DNA from: Candidatus Woesearchaeota archaeon
GTDB taxonomy: Archaea; Nanobdellota; Nanobdellia; Woesearchaeales; 21-14-0-10-32-9
NCBI GenBank assembly: GCA_020854775.1
Contig: JAHKLZ010000044.1
Span: forward strand, 6,415 to 70,414
Length of the DNA stretch: 64,000 bases
Direction: 5' to 3'
The notes beneath the pieces were generated by a model. It did not search any database. It was not told the origin of the DNA and worked only from the letters and a program-made list of their open reading frames with translations. Of the stretch, positions 1 through 9,869 are shown one piece after another. Position 1 is the first letter of the stretch, and every line of letters begins with the position of its first letter. The position numbers were made by a program, and so were the translations under genes.

Positions 1-482
1 TTATTAATCCAACAGGGAAATTCGTCATAGGCGGACCAGTAGGAGATGCTGGATTAACAGGAAGAAAAATAATAGTAGACACATATGGTGGAATGGGGCG
101 ACACGGAGGAGGAGCATTCTCAGGAAAAGATCCTAGCAAAGTAGATAGGAGCGCCGCGTACATGGCTAGATACATAGCGAAAAACTTAGTAGCTTCTGAA
201 CTGTGTGAAAAATGCGAAGTACAAATAAGCTACGCGATTGGTGTAAAAGAACCAACAAGTATTTTAGTAGATACATTTAATACAGGAAAATTAAGTGAAA
301 AACAATTTGATAAATTAGTAAGAAATGTTTTTGATTTAACCCCTCAAGGAATAATAAAAACGCTGGATTTGAAAAAACCAATATATTCAAAAACATCTGT
401 TTATGGACATTTTGGCCGAGATTTTTCTTGGGAAAAAACAGATAAAGCTCAAATATTAAAAGAAAAGGCAAAGGATTTATAA
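1..482 (+). CDS. metK: S-adenosylmethionine synthetase, bacterial/eukaryotic MetK type, 3' part (5' end outside window)
   Basis: Frame 3 is open from pos 3 ([30 protein letters not shown]). It runs into the listed [39 protein letters not shown] and DRSAAY are MetK signature blocks. Stop TAA at 480-482. Confidence 0.9.
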   Translation, partial: INPTGKFVIGGPVGDAGLTGRKIIVDTYGGMGRHGGGAFSGKDPSKVDRSAAYMARYIAKNLVASELCEKCEVQISYAIGVKEPTSILVDTFNTGKLSEKQFDKLVRNVFDLTPQGIIKTLDLKKPIYSKTSVYGHFGRDFSWEKTDKAQILKEKAKDL

Positions 483-505
483 ACAATTAATCAATTCTTT
501 TCTTT

Positions 506-913
506 ATGAATTATGAAGATATGTTGGGGAAAGCAAGAGAAGTTCTTCCTGAAAAAGTTAATACCACATCTAGATTCGAAGTTCCAAAAGTAAAAGGAAG
601 AATAGAAGGAAATAAAACAGTAATAAGTAATTTTTTTCAAATAGCAGACACGATAGGAAGAAAACCCCAACACTTACTAAAATATGTTTTAAAAGAATTA
701 GCAACACCAGGAAATTTAAAAAATCAAACAGTTGTTTTCGGATCTAAAATACCAGCTACTAAAATAAATGAGAAAATAAGTAGTTATGTTGATGAATTTG
801 TTTTCTGTAAAGAATGTAATGGTCCTGATACTAAAATGGTAAAAGAAGGAGATATATATTACATAAAGTGTCAAGCTTGTGGAGCTCGTCATAGTTTTTA
901 TTCTAAAATATGA
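506..913 (+). CDS. translation initiation factor aIF-2 beta subunit
   Basis: 135 aa. Has the eIF2-beta/eIF5 type core (RFEVPK...GNKTVISNF..IA..L.R.P.HLLKY) and a C-terminal C4 zinc ribbon CKECNGPDT...CQACGA. Confidence 0.85.
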   Translation: MNYEDMLGKAREVLPEKVNTTSRFEVPKVKGRIEGNKTVISNFFQIADTIGRKPQHLLKYVLKELATPGNLKNQTVVFGSKIPATKINEKISSYVDEFVFCKECNGPDTKMVKEGDIYYIKCQACGARHSFYSKI

Positions 914-1005
914 TTTTTAATCAAATAAATTTTTTGATTATGTTTGAAATAATTTTTTTGAAAATTTTAATTTAATAAATATTTATTAAAAAAAAAGCAG
1001 AAGGA

Positions 1006-1029
1006 CTGACCCGTTGATTTCTCATAGAA
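1006..1029 (-). promoter_or_regulatory. ORB-like (origin recognition box-like) element, left copy
   Basis: The minus strand reads TTCTATGAGAAATCAACGGGTCAG. It is 16/24 identical to the right copy and in inverted orientation. It is one of only two G/C-containing islands in the region. Confidence 0.5.
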
Positions 1030-1200
1030 AAAAAATTAAGAAAAAAAGTTTTTATGTTTTGATGATGAATATTTTATTTTAATATTAAAATTAAATTTGT
1101 TTTTGAATATTTTTTATAATAAATATTAATGATATAATATATTAAAATGTTGTATTTAAATTATTATTTTTAAATATTTATGTTTAAATGATATTTTTTT

Positions 1201-1231
1201 ATATTATATTTTTTTATATTATATTTTTTTT
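1201..1231. repeat. tandem 15/16-nt A/T repeat (ATATTATATTTTTTT x2) within the A/T-only region
   Basis: Direct reading: atattatattttttt atattatatttttttt. Similar TATTATATTTATTATTA-type repeats continue to about 1310. Confidence 0.8.
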
Positions 1232-1493
1232 AATTTTGATTTTGTATTAATTAATAATTTTTTGATATTATATTTATTATTATTATTTATATTATATTTA
1301 TTATTATATTAAATGTTATTTATATTTTATATTATAAAAAAAAAATAGATAAAAAAACAAAACAATTATTTTCTATATTGAAATTAATTATGTTGTTATT
1401 AATTTATTATTATATTATATATAATTAAATTATTTTTATTATTATATATATTAAATACAAATTATTAATTATTAATTAAACATTTTCTAAAAA

Positions 1494-1545
1494 TCAAAAA
1501 ATTAAAAATTAAAAATTAAAAAATTGAAATCAAAAAATCAAAACC
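1494..1545. repeat. tandem 7-8 nt A-tract repeat (TYAAAAA(A) x7)
   Basis: tcaaaaaa ttaaaaa ttaaaaa ttaaaaaa ttgaaa tcaaaaaa tcaaaacc, read directly. Confidence 0.8.
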
Positions 1546-1761
1546 AATTCTTATTCAAATAAAAAAATAATTTTAGACGATAAAAAACAAAATTTAATGA
1601 ATAACACATAATTAATTATATTAAATAATTTTTACAATACATTTACAACATTATTTATAAAAAAGTTCAACATAAAATTCAAAAAATCTTCAGAATCAAC
1701 AAAAAATTATTAATAAAAATCAAATAAAAATAAAACAAAAATCATTTTTTTAATAAATAAA

Positions 1762-1785
1762 TTCCATAGGAAATGAAGGGGAGGG
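1762..1785 (+). promoter_or_regulatory. ORB-like element, right copy
   Basis: TTCCATAGGAAATGAAGGGGAGGG. A TTCCA..GGAA dyad is followed by GAAATGAA and a G-string, as in ORB boxes described for Pyrococcus/Sulfolobus origins (recalled from memory). Extra CTTTCCAA half-sites lie at 1793-1800 and 1865-1872. Confidence 0.55.
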
Positions 1786-1880
1786 CTACAACCTTTCCAA
1801 TACATAATAAAATAAACATATCAAATCAATAAAACTCTTCTAAAACAATATTTTACAACAAATACTTTCCAAAAGAAAAA

Positions 1881-1890
1881 TATTTATAAA
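1881..1890 (+). promoter_or_regulatory. TATA box of cdc6 (leaderless mRNA predicted)
   Basis: TATTTATAAA ends 22 nt before the ATG at 1913. There is no Shine-Dalgarno in between. Confidence 0.6.
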
Positions 1891-1912
1891 ACCTCCATTT
1901 CTTCTGGAATTA

Positions 1913-3130
1913 ATGGTACAAAACAATTTAAACAATTTCTTCGAAAAATTCCTAAAAAAAGAAAACTTATTTCAAAACAAAAAAGTATTACAATCAACAT
2001 ATATACCAGGAGAAATAACACACAGAGACGAACAAATCAACATAATAGCAAATATACTAGCACCAGCACTAAAAGGAGAAAAACCATCAAACTTATTCAT
2101 TTACGGAAAAACAGGAACAGGAAAAACACTAGTAGCAAAATACGTAGCAGAACAAATGGAGAATATATCAAAAGAAAAAGGACTACCACTACAAATATTT
2201 TATTTAAACTGCAAATTAAAAAAAATAGCAGACACAGAATACAGAATGATAGCGGAACTATCAAGATTCTTCGGAAAAGCAGTACCAACAACAGGACTAC
2301 CAACAGACGAAGTATACAACATATTCTTTCAAGCACTAGACAGCGAAGAAAAAATAATAATAATAATAATGGATGAAATAGACCAACTAGTAAACAAAGC
2401 AGGCGACGAAATAATATACAATTTAACAAGAATAAACTCAGAACTAAAAAAATCACAACTAAGCATAATAGGAATAAGCAACGACTTAATGTTCGCAAAC
2501 AACTTAGACCCAAGAGTAAAATCATCACTATCAGAAGAAGAAATAGTATTCCCACCATACAACGCATTACAAATACAAGACATACTAAGAAGAAGAACAG
2601 AAATAGCATTCAAAGAAGGAACAATAGAAGAAGGAGTAATACAAAAATGCGCAGCATACGCGGCTAGAGAACACGGAGATGCAAGAAGAGCACTAGAACT
2701 ACTAAGAGTAGCAGGAGAACTAGCAGAAAGAAAAGACAAAACCATAGTAAAAATAGAAGATATAGACGCAGCAGAAGATAAAATAGAAAGAGATAGAATA
2801 ACAGACATGGTAAAAAAACACCCAAAACAATTCCAAGCAACACTATACTCAATACTATCACTAGGAACAGACAAAAAATCAGAAATCCTAACAGGAGACG
2901 TATACGAATTATACAAAGAATTATGCAACAAAATAGGACTAAGACCACTAACACAAAGAAGAGTATCAGACATACTAGCAGAATTAGATATGCTAGGAAT
3001 AATAAATAGCAAAGTAATAAGTAAAGGACGCTTCGGAAGAACAAGAGAAATAACACTATCACTACCAAAAACAATAGAGAAAAAAGTATTATTAATATTA
3101 GAAGAAGAATTAGACATAAAAACAAATTAA
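1913..3130 (+). CDS. cdc6: Orc1/Cdc6 replication initiator
   Basis: 405 aa. AAA+ Walker A GKTGTGKT, Walker B IIIIMDEID, and a C-terminal winged-helix region (RRVSDILAELDMLGII). Confidence 0.95.
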   Translation: MVQNNLNNFFEKFLKKENLFQNKKVLQSTYIPGEITHRDEQINIIANILAPALKGEKPSNLFIYGKTGTGKTLVAKYVAEQMENISKEKGLPLQIFYLNCKLKKIADTEYRMIAELSRFFGKAVPTTGLPTDEVYNIFFQALDSEEKIIIIIMDEIDQLVNKAGDEIIYNLTRINSELKKSQLSIIGISNDLMFANNLDPRVKSSLSEEEIVFPPYNALQIQDILRRRTEIAFKEGTIEEGVIQKCAAYAAREHGDARRALELLRVAGELAERKDKTIVKIEDIDAAEDKIERDRITDMVKKHPKQFQATLYSILSLGTDKKSEILTGDVYELYKELCNKIGLRPLTQRRVSDILAELDMLGIINSKVISKGRFGRTREITLSLPKTIEKKVLLILEEELDIKTN

Positions 3131-3160
3131 CCAATTTTTTTATAAAAAACATGATAAAAA

Positions 3161-4666
3161 ATGAAAGAATCAACAATAAATTTTCTAAACGAAAAACAAA
3201 TACTAGTAAGCCCAGACATATTAGATAAAAATTATGATGAAGAATTCATAAAAAAAATAATAGAAACAAAAAAACCAGAATTCTTAGATGAAGAAACAAT
3301 ACAAAAATACATAGAAGAAAACAAAAATAAAAACAATACAAAAGTAAACATAATAAAATCATATGATAAAGAACCAAAAAAAAGAACATTCCAAGACTTC
3401 GTATCAGTATTCAACAACAGATTCAAAAAATTATCAGAATTACTAAAAAACAGAAAAGAACTAGATAGCACAACATCAATATCAAGATTAAACACAAAAA
3501 ACCAAAATGATAAAACAGCAATAATAGGAATGATTCTAGATAAACAACTAACAAAAAACAACAACATAATATTAACACTAGAAGACACAACAGGAACCTG
3601 CAACGCAATAATAAGAAAAACAGATGATGAAAAAGAAATATATGAAACAGCAGAAAACATAGTTCTAGACGAAGTAATAGGAATAACAGGAACATACCTA
3701 AACAAAGCAATATTCGTAGATAAAATAATATTTCCAGATATACCACTCAATAAAGAATTAAAAAAACAAAAAGAAGAAGAATACGCAATAATGATAGGCG
3801 ACACACATTTCGGATCAAACCACTTCATGAAAGAAGATTTTGAAAGATTCATAAAATGGATAAATCAAGAACTAGGAAACGAAGAACAAAAAAAAATAGC
3901 ATCAAAAGTAAAATACGCAATACTAACAGGAGACATAGTAGAAGGAGTAGGAATATACCCTAATCAAGAAAAAGATTTAGATATACTAAACATAGTAGAA
4001 CAATACGAAGAAGCAGCACGTTGGTTAAAAAAAATACCAGAACACATACAAATAATAACACAATCAGGAAATCACGACGCAGGAAGATTATCAGAACCAC
4101 AAGAAGCACCATTTAAAGACATGGCAAAACCATTATGGGACTTACCAAACATAACACTAGTATCAAATCCAGCATACGTAAACATAGGAAAAACAGAAAC
4201 ATTTCCAGGATTTGATTTATTATTATACCATGGAGGATCACTCATATATTACGCAGATAACATACCAAAAATAAGAGCGGCAGGAGGACAAAAAAAATCA
4301 GATCAAATAATGAAACACTTATTACAAAAAAGACACCTAGCACCAACACATAAATCAACACTATACTTACCAGACGCAGAAGAAGACTTTTTACTAATAG
4401 ATATAGTTCCCGATTTCTTCATAACAGGACACATTCACAGATCAAACATATCAAGCTACAGAAACATAACAATAATAAACGCTTCATGCTGGACAGAAAC
4501 AACAGAAGACCAAATAAAAAGAGGACTAGAACCACTACCAGCAAGAATACCAATAGTGAACTTGAAAACAAGAGATGTAAAAATAATAAATTTTTTATCA
4601 AAAAAATCAAAAGAAAAAGAAAAAGAAGTAACAAAAGAAGTAGAAGAACTAAAAAAATTAAACTAA
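3161..4666 (+). CDS. polB: DNA polymerase D (Pol II) small subunit DP1
   Basis: 501 aa. Calcineurin-like phosphoesterase motifs GDTHFGS, LTGDIVEG, GNHD, GHIH. Its stop lies 1 nt before the polC ATG. Confidence 0.9.
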   Translation: MKESTINFLNEKQILVSPDILDKNYDEEFIKKIIETKKPEFLDEETIQKYIEENKNKNNTKVNIIKSYDKEPKKRTFQDFVSVFNNRFKKLSELLKNRKELDSTTSISRLNTKNQNDKTAIIGMILDKQLTKNNNIILTLEDTTGTCNAIIRKTDDEKEIYETAENIVLDEVIGITGTYLNKAIFVDKIIFPDIPLNKELKKQKEEEYAIMIGDTHFGSNHFMKEDFERFIKWINQELGNEEQKKIASKVKYAILTGDIVEGVGIYPNQEKDLDILNIVEQYEEAARWLKKIPEHIQIITQSGNHDAGRLSEPQEAPFKDMAKPLWDLPNITLVSNPAYVNIGKTETFPGFDLLLYHGGSLIYYADNIPKIRAAGGQKKSDQIMKHLLQKRHLAPTHKSTLYLPDAEEDFLLIDIVPDFFITGHIHRSNISSYRNITIINASCWTETTEDQIKRGLEPLPARIPIVNLKTRDVKIINFLSKKSKEKEKEVTKEVEELKKLN

Positions 4667-4667
4667 A

Positions 4668-7600
4668 ATGATAGCCTCAGAAAAAACCAAGAAATACTTT
4701 GATTCACTAAAAAAAGAATCATTAAAACAATTTCAAATAGCTACGCAAGCAAGAAAAAAAGGCTACGACCCAAAAGAATTCGTAGAAATAAAAATAGCAG
4801 AAAACCTAGCAGAAAGAGTAATAGGACTAATATCAGCAGTAGCACCACAAATAGCAGATACTGACGCGATAAAAAGAATAATAGAACTAGAAGAACAATA
4901 CCAACCACTAGATTGGAGAGTAGCACTAAAAATAGCACATGAAATAAGTGAAGAAAAATTTTGCACGTTTAAAGACAAAAAAGAAGCAATAGAAATAGGA
5001 ATAAGAACAGGATTTGCATACGTAACACTAGGAGTAGTATCTGCGCCACTAGAAGGATTCACATCATTAGAAATAAAAAACAGAAAAGACGGAAAAGAAT
5101 ACTTTTGCTTAAATTACGCAGGACCAATAAGAGCAGCAGGAGGAACAGCAGCAGCAGTATCAGTAATAATCGCGGACTACGTAAGAAAAAAATTAGGATA
5201 CGCAGTTTATGATCCAACAGAAAAAGAAGTTCAAAGATGCCACGCAGAATTAGAAGATTATCACGAATACATAACTAATTTACAATATTTTCCATCAAAA
5301 GAAGAATCAGAATTCTTACTAAAAAATTTACCAGTAGAAATATCAGGAGACCCATCAGAAAAATATGAAATATCAAGCGCTTTACTAAAAGATTTACCAA
5401 GAATACCAACCAACAAATTAAGAAGTGGATATTGCTTAATACACAGTTCTTGCATTCCACTAAAAGGACCAAAACTTTGGGCAAAAATAAAAAAATGGAA
5501 AGAAGAAATGAACATGGAACACTGGGAATTCATGGAAGAATTCTTAAAAATACAAACAAAAACAAAATCAAAATCAACAAAAAAAACAACAACAAATACA
5601 GGATTAACACCGGATTACACATACATATCAGACTTAGTAGGAGGAAGACCAGTACTAGGACACCCTCTTAGAAATGGAGGATTCAGACTAAGATATGGAC
5701 GCTCAAGAATATCAGGATTCTCAGGACAATCAATACACCCCGCAACAATGATATTATCAAACAACTTCGTAGCAACAGGAACACAACTAAAAGTAGAAAG
5801 ACCAGGAAAAGCAGCAGCGTTTACACCTTGTGACACAATAGAAGGACCAATAATAAAAACAGTTAATGGTGACGTAATAAAAATAAGAACAGAAAACGAA
5901 GCAAAACAACATAAAAAAGAAACACAAGAAATATTATACTTAGGAGATGTATTAATAAATTACGGAGACTTCTTTGACAGAGCACACAAATTAGTACCAG
6001 CAGGTTATTGCGAAGAAATATGGATACAAGAACTAGAAAAAGAAATAAAAAATCATAACGTAGAAGAATTAATCAAAAAATTAAACATAGAAAAAGAAGA
6101 ATTTGAACAATTATTCAAAAACCCATTAAAGAAAAAACCAACACTGAAACAAGCATTAACAATATCCAAAATAACAAACATACCATTACACCCAGAATAC
6201 TTATATTATTGGGAATCAATAAAAAAAGAAGAACTAACAGAACTAATAGCTTGGTTTAAAAAAGCAAGAAGAGATGAAAACAGAATAATTCTAAGAAAAA
6301 ACCAAGCAAAAAGACACCTAGAAATAATAGGCGTACCACATCAATTCATAAAAAACGAATTCGTAGTAATACAAAATGAAGACGCGGAACTACTAAACAT
6401 TTTTTTAACACACAAAGAACCAGAAGAAGAACTAAAAAAAGAATTAGAACAATCAAAAACAATAACAGATTTCTTAACAAAAAAAACAAACATACAACTA
6501 AGAGATAAATGCGGAACATTCATAGGAGCAAGAATGGGAAGACCAGAAAAAGCAAAAATGAGAAAACTAACAGGTAGTCCACACGCATTATTCCCAGTAG
6601 GAGATCAAGGAGGAAGACTAAGAAGTTTTCAATCAGCACTAGAATCAGGAACAATAATAGCGGACGTAGAAATGAGACACTGCCAAAAATGTAACAAAAA
6701 CACACCACTAAAAATATGTGAAACTTGCGAAGAAAAAACCCAAGACATAGAAAAAGAAGAAGAAAACAAATACTCAAGCAGAAAAGTAAAAATAGATATA
6801 AAAACAATATTCGAAGAACTAAAAAAGAAACTAGGAACAAACATAATACCTGATTTAATAAAAGGAGTAAGAGGATTAGCAAACAAAGAACACGTACCAG
6901 AACACTTAATAAAAGGAATACTAAGAGCAAAACATAACTTATCAGTAAACAAAGACGGCACAGTAAGATACGATTGTTCAGAACTACCAATAACACATTT
7001 CAAACCATTAGAAATAGGAACAAGCATACAAAAATTAAAAGAATTAGGATATGATTTAGACATAAATGGAGAACCAATACAAAAAGAAGACCAAATAATA
7101 GAACTAAAAGTACAAGACATATTATTACCTTGTTGCCCAGATTCACCAGAAGAACCAGCAGATGAAATACTGTATAGAACAACAAAATTCGTAGATGAAA
7201 CATTACAAAAATTATACGGACAAGAATCATTTTACAACTTAGAAAAAAAAGAAGACTTAATAGGACACCTAACAATAGGATTAGCACCACACACATCAGC
7301 AGGAATAGTAACAAGAATAATAGGTTTCTCAAAAACACAAGGATTTCTAGCACACCCATACGTACACGCAGCGATGAGAAGAGACTGCGACGGAGACGAA
7401 TCATGCATACTACTATTATTAGACGCGTTCCTAAACTTCTCAAAACTATACTTACCAAGCTCAAGAGGAAGCACAATGGATGCGCCACTAGTACTAACAT
7501 CAGTAATACTACCCGCGGAAGTAGATGACATGGTATTCAACATGGACATAACAAACAAGTATCCTCTAGAATTATACGAAGCAGCGAATAATCTAAAAAT

Positions 7601-8186
7601 GCCATTCGACGTAAAAATAAAAAAAGTATCAGACGTAATGGGAACAAACGAACAATACGAAGGATTCATGTTTACTCACGAAACAACAAACCTAAACGCA
7701 GGAGTATTATGCTCAGCATACAAATTATTACCTAGCATGCAAGAAAAAGTACAACAACAAATGGACATAGCAGAAAAAATCAGAGCGGTAGACGTATCAG
7801 ACGTAGCCAGACTAGTAATAGAAAAACACTTCATACGCGACACAAAAGGAAACCTAAGAAAATTCTCAACACAAGAATTCAGATGTGTGAATTGCAACGA
7901 AAAATACAGAAGACCCCCCCTAACAGGGAAATGCACACAATGCGCAGGAAAAATAATATTCACAATAAGTCAAGGAAGCATAATAAAATACTTAGAACTA
8001 AGCATGATGCTAGGAGAAAAATACCAAGTTAGTCCATACATAAAACAAACACTAGAACTAACAAAAAGAAGAATAGAAGGAGTATTCGGAAAAGAAAAAG
8101 AAAAACAAACAGGACTAGGAGACTGGATAACACAACAAGAAGAAATCAAAGAAGAAACAGACGAAGAACTAGAAGCACTATTCTAA
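4668..8186 (+). CDS. polC: DNA polymerase D (Pol II) large subunit DP2
   Basis: 1172 aa. Conserved DP2 blocks NYAGPIRAAGGTAAA, HPATMILSNNFVATGTQLKVERPGKAA, LAPHTSAGIV, MRRDCDGDE. Cys4 modules CQKCNK..CETC and CVNCNEKY..CTQC. No intein-sized insertion. Confidence 0.95.
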   Translation: MIASEKTKKYFDSLKKESLKQFQIATQARKKGYDPKEFVEIKIAENLAERVIGLISAVAPQIADTDAIKRIIELEEQYQPLDWRVALKIAHEISEEKFCTFKDKKEAIEIGIRTGFAYVTLGVVSAPLEGFTSLEIKNRKDGKEYFCLNYAGPIRAAGGTAAAVSVIIADYVRKKLGYAVYDPTEKEVQRCHAELEDYHEYITNLQYFPSKEESEFLLKNLPVEISGDPSEKYEISSALLKDLPRIPTNKLRSGYCLIHSSCIPLKGPKLWAKIKKWKEEMNMEHWEFMEEFLKIQTKTKSKSTKKTTTNTGLTPDYTYISDLVGGRPVLGHPLRNGGFRLRYGRSRISGFSGQSIHPATMILSNNFVATGTQLKVERPGKAAAFTPCDTIEGPIIKTVNGDVIKIRTENEAKQHKKETQEILYLGDVLINYGDFFDRAHKLVPAGYCEEIWIQELEKEIKNHNVEELIKKLNIEKEEFEQLFKNPLKKKPTLKQALTISKITNIPLHPEYLYYWESIKKEELTELIAWFKKARRDENRIILRKNQAKRHLEIIGVPHQFIKNEFVVIQNEDAELLNIFLTHKEPEEELKKELEQSKTITDFLTKKTNIQLRDKCGTFIGARMGRPEKAKMRKLTGSPHALFPVGDQGGRLRSFQSALESGTIIADVEMRHCQKCNKNTPLKICETCEEKTQDIEKEEENKYSSRKVKIDIKTIFEELKKKLGTNIIPDLIKGVRGLANKEHVPEHLIKGILRAKHNLSVNKDGTVRYDCSELPITHFKPLEIGTSIQKLKELGYDLDINGEPIQKEDQIIELKVQDILLPCCPDSPEEPADEILYRTTKFVDETLQKLYGQESFYNLEKKEDLIGHLTIGLAPHTSAGIVTRIIGFSKTQGFLAHPYVHAAMRRDCDGDESCILLLLDAFLNFSKLYLPSSRGSTMDAPLVLTSVILPAEVDDMVFNMDITNKYPLELYEAANNLKMPFDVKIKKVSDVMGTNEQYEGFMFTHETTNLNAGVLCSAYKLLPSMQEKVQQQMDIAEKIRAVDVSDVARLVIEKHFIRDTKGNLRKFSTQEFRCVNCNEKYRRPPLTGKCTQCAGKIIFTISQGSIIKYLELSMMLGEKYQVSPYIKQTLELTKRRIEGVFGKEKEKQTGLGDWITQQEEIKEETDEELEALF

Positions 8187-8189
8187 AAA

Positions 8190-9869
8190 CTAAACAATTC
8201 TTTCCTCAATAATTTTACTAACCAAATCAATATTTAACTCAAACAAAGAAACACCATGCTCCAAATCATAATACCTAAGAACATCAAGAGAAACCTCACC
8301 TATAAAACCAACACATAACCACTTATCATTATGCTTAACCTTTACTTCAGCACTCCTACCACTAATAAAAAAATTAAAAGACTTAGCCTCAAATTTCAAA
8401 TCCAAATCAAATAAAGAACCCAACAACTCCAAACGTTGCTTAGCCCAAGTATAACTAGCACTATCAGAACAAATCGCAACACACAAATCATTATTTTCCT
8501 CAACAACACCCTTAACTTTTCTAAAAACCCTACCAACCTCAAATAATCTCTGAGGATACTCATTCATCTTATTACTTTTAAAAGTCTTCAAAACACTAGG
8601 AACTAAGAATTCACGAAGAGAATCAAACTCAGAAGACGTAGGATTCTTAATACTTAAAACATTATTAAAACCTAAAAATTTTTGATCATCAAATTTAACC
8701 AAAGAATAACTAACAACTTCAACTAAACCATCACCAACAAGAACATCTCTAACTTTATCCTGAACCTTTTCTTTAAAAATCTCTTTACCAACAGAAAAAG
8801 AACCACTCATAACACCTTCAACTTTATCAAAACCATAAGCAATACAAACATCTTCAACGACATCAACAGGATGAATAACATCAGCCCTATAACAAGGAAC
8901 CAAAACATCAACAAACTTACCAGACTTATTCTTAATACCAAAACCCATCTTTTCAACCAAACCAATAAGAACATCATCTTTAAGATCCAAACCAAGATAT
9001 TTCCTAAGATAATCAAACTCAACCCTTAAAACATCAGGACTAAAATCAGGAGTAACCCTAACAACACCCTCTTTTTTATAATTAATATTAACCTCAAAAA
9101 TATCCCCCCCCATATCAGCAAGAGCACAACCAATAATGTTCAAAGCCTTACTAACAACACCAAAATCATGACCAGAACACTCAACAAAAACATGCCTAGT
9201 ATCAACACCGACAGTACCAGTATTCCTAGAATTAAGAATAGGAGGAACACTCATAACACTATCATTAGAATCAGTAAATAAAGGAAAAACTTTTTCATCC
9301 CTTAATAAATGAGCATACTCCTTACCAGCCTTAGTACTCTTAAGCAAATCAAAACCATTCATCTCCTTAGTCTCACCCAAAGGAACAAACCTAATTTTAT
9401 CAGGACTCAAAGCCTTATAATGAATAGGAAAAACAATATTCTCAAAAGGATAAACACCAATCGCGCACTTCTTCCTGTTTCTACCAAAAGTAACATGAAG
9501 CTTCTCTTGAAGATTAATAATATTATTAAGAACAGACTCATCAATACTAAGATTCTTAGCAACCAAACAAGCAGTAAAAGGCCTAACACCCGAAACAGAT
9601 TTATCCACAACAACCTCAAAATCACTTTTATTCACAACATAAGACTTAAGACCCTTAGAAAAACCAAGAAAAGTCTTCAAAGCCCTAGCAAAACCCTCCT
9701 CAGATAACAAATCAGGCCTATTAGGAAAAATCTCAACAACAATATCTTTCTTATTAACTTCTTCCAAATCAGTACCAAGATAACTAATGTGCTTACTCAA
9801 AGAAACATCATCAACTTTCCTACCAAGAATATTTAATACACGATCCTTACTAAAAACAACACTAGGCAT
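8190..9869 (-). CDS. pheT: phenylalanyl-tRNA synthetase beta subunit (archaeal type)
   Basis: 559 aa. The N-terminal block ...FPNRPDLLSEEGFARAL is typical of archaeal PheRS beta. Lies in an operon with pheS. Confidence 0.85.
   Translation of the reverse strand: MPSVVFSKDRVLNILGRKVDDVSLSKHISYLGTDLEEVNKKDIVVEIFPNRPDLLSEEGFARALKTFLGFSKGLKSYVVNKSDFEVVVDKSVSGVRPFTACLVAKNLSIDESVLNNIINLQEKLHVTFGRNRKKCAIGVYPFENIVFPIHYKALSPDKIRFVPLGETKEMNGFDLLKSTKAGKEYAHLLRDEKVFPLFTDSNDSVMSVPPILNSRNTGTVGVDTRHVFVECSGHDFGVVSKALNIIGCALADMGGDIFEVNINYKKEGVVRVTPDFSPDVLRVEFDYLRKYLGLDLKDDVLIGLVEKMGFGIKNKSGKFVDVLVPCYRADVIHPVDVVEDVCIAYGFDKVEGVMSGSFSVGKEIFKEKVQDKVRDVLVGDGLVEVVSYSLVKFDDQKFLGFNNVLSIKNPTSSEFDSLREFLVPSVLKTFKSNKMNEYPQRLFEVGRVFRKVKGVVEENNDLCVAICSDSASYTWAKQRLELLGSLFDLDLKFEAKSFNFFISGRSAEVKVKHNDKWLCVGFIGEVSLDVLRYYDLEHGVSLFELNIDLVSKIIEERIV

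Larger units (their letters stand above)
914..1912. other. putative chromosomal replication origin (oriC): A/T-only unwinding region flanked by inverted ORB-like boxes
   Basis: 999 nt with no ORF and almost no G/C except two islands that are inverted copies of one motif. Lies directly upstream of cdc6/orc1-polD. The A/T skew changes sign inside it. Confidence 0.65.

Noticed and set aside
914-1912. Possibility that the repeat-rich A/T block is a CRISPR array, a leader, or a mobile-element remnant.
   Set aside because: It has no regular repeat-spacer periodicity, no cas, transposase or integrase genes, and no terminal inverted repeats apart from the ORB-like boxes. The repeats are short A/T low-complexity units.
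2097-3176. Long minus-strand ORFs (2097-2609, 2329-3117, 2664-3176) antisense to cdc6. The same pattern appears opposite polB, polC, SecY (57446-58402) and uS5 (55761-56537).
   Set aside because: Their translations are low-complexity L/F/V/S/C strings. They arise because the minus strand opposite A-rich genes has very few A, so stop codons are rare. The sense-strand proteins are unambiguous.
4486-4671. 61-aa K/R-rich ORF overlapping the 3' end of polB in another frame.
   Set aside because: It lies entirely within the conserved DP1 coding region. It is low-complexity and has no independent start signals.
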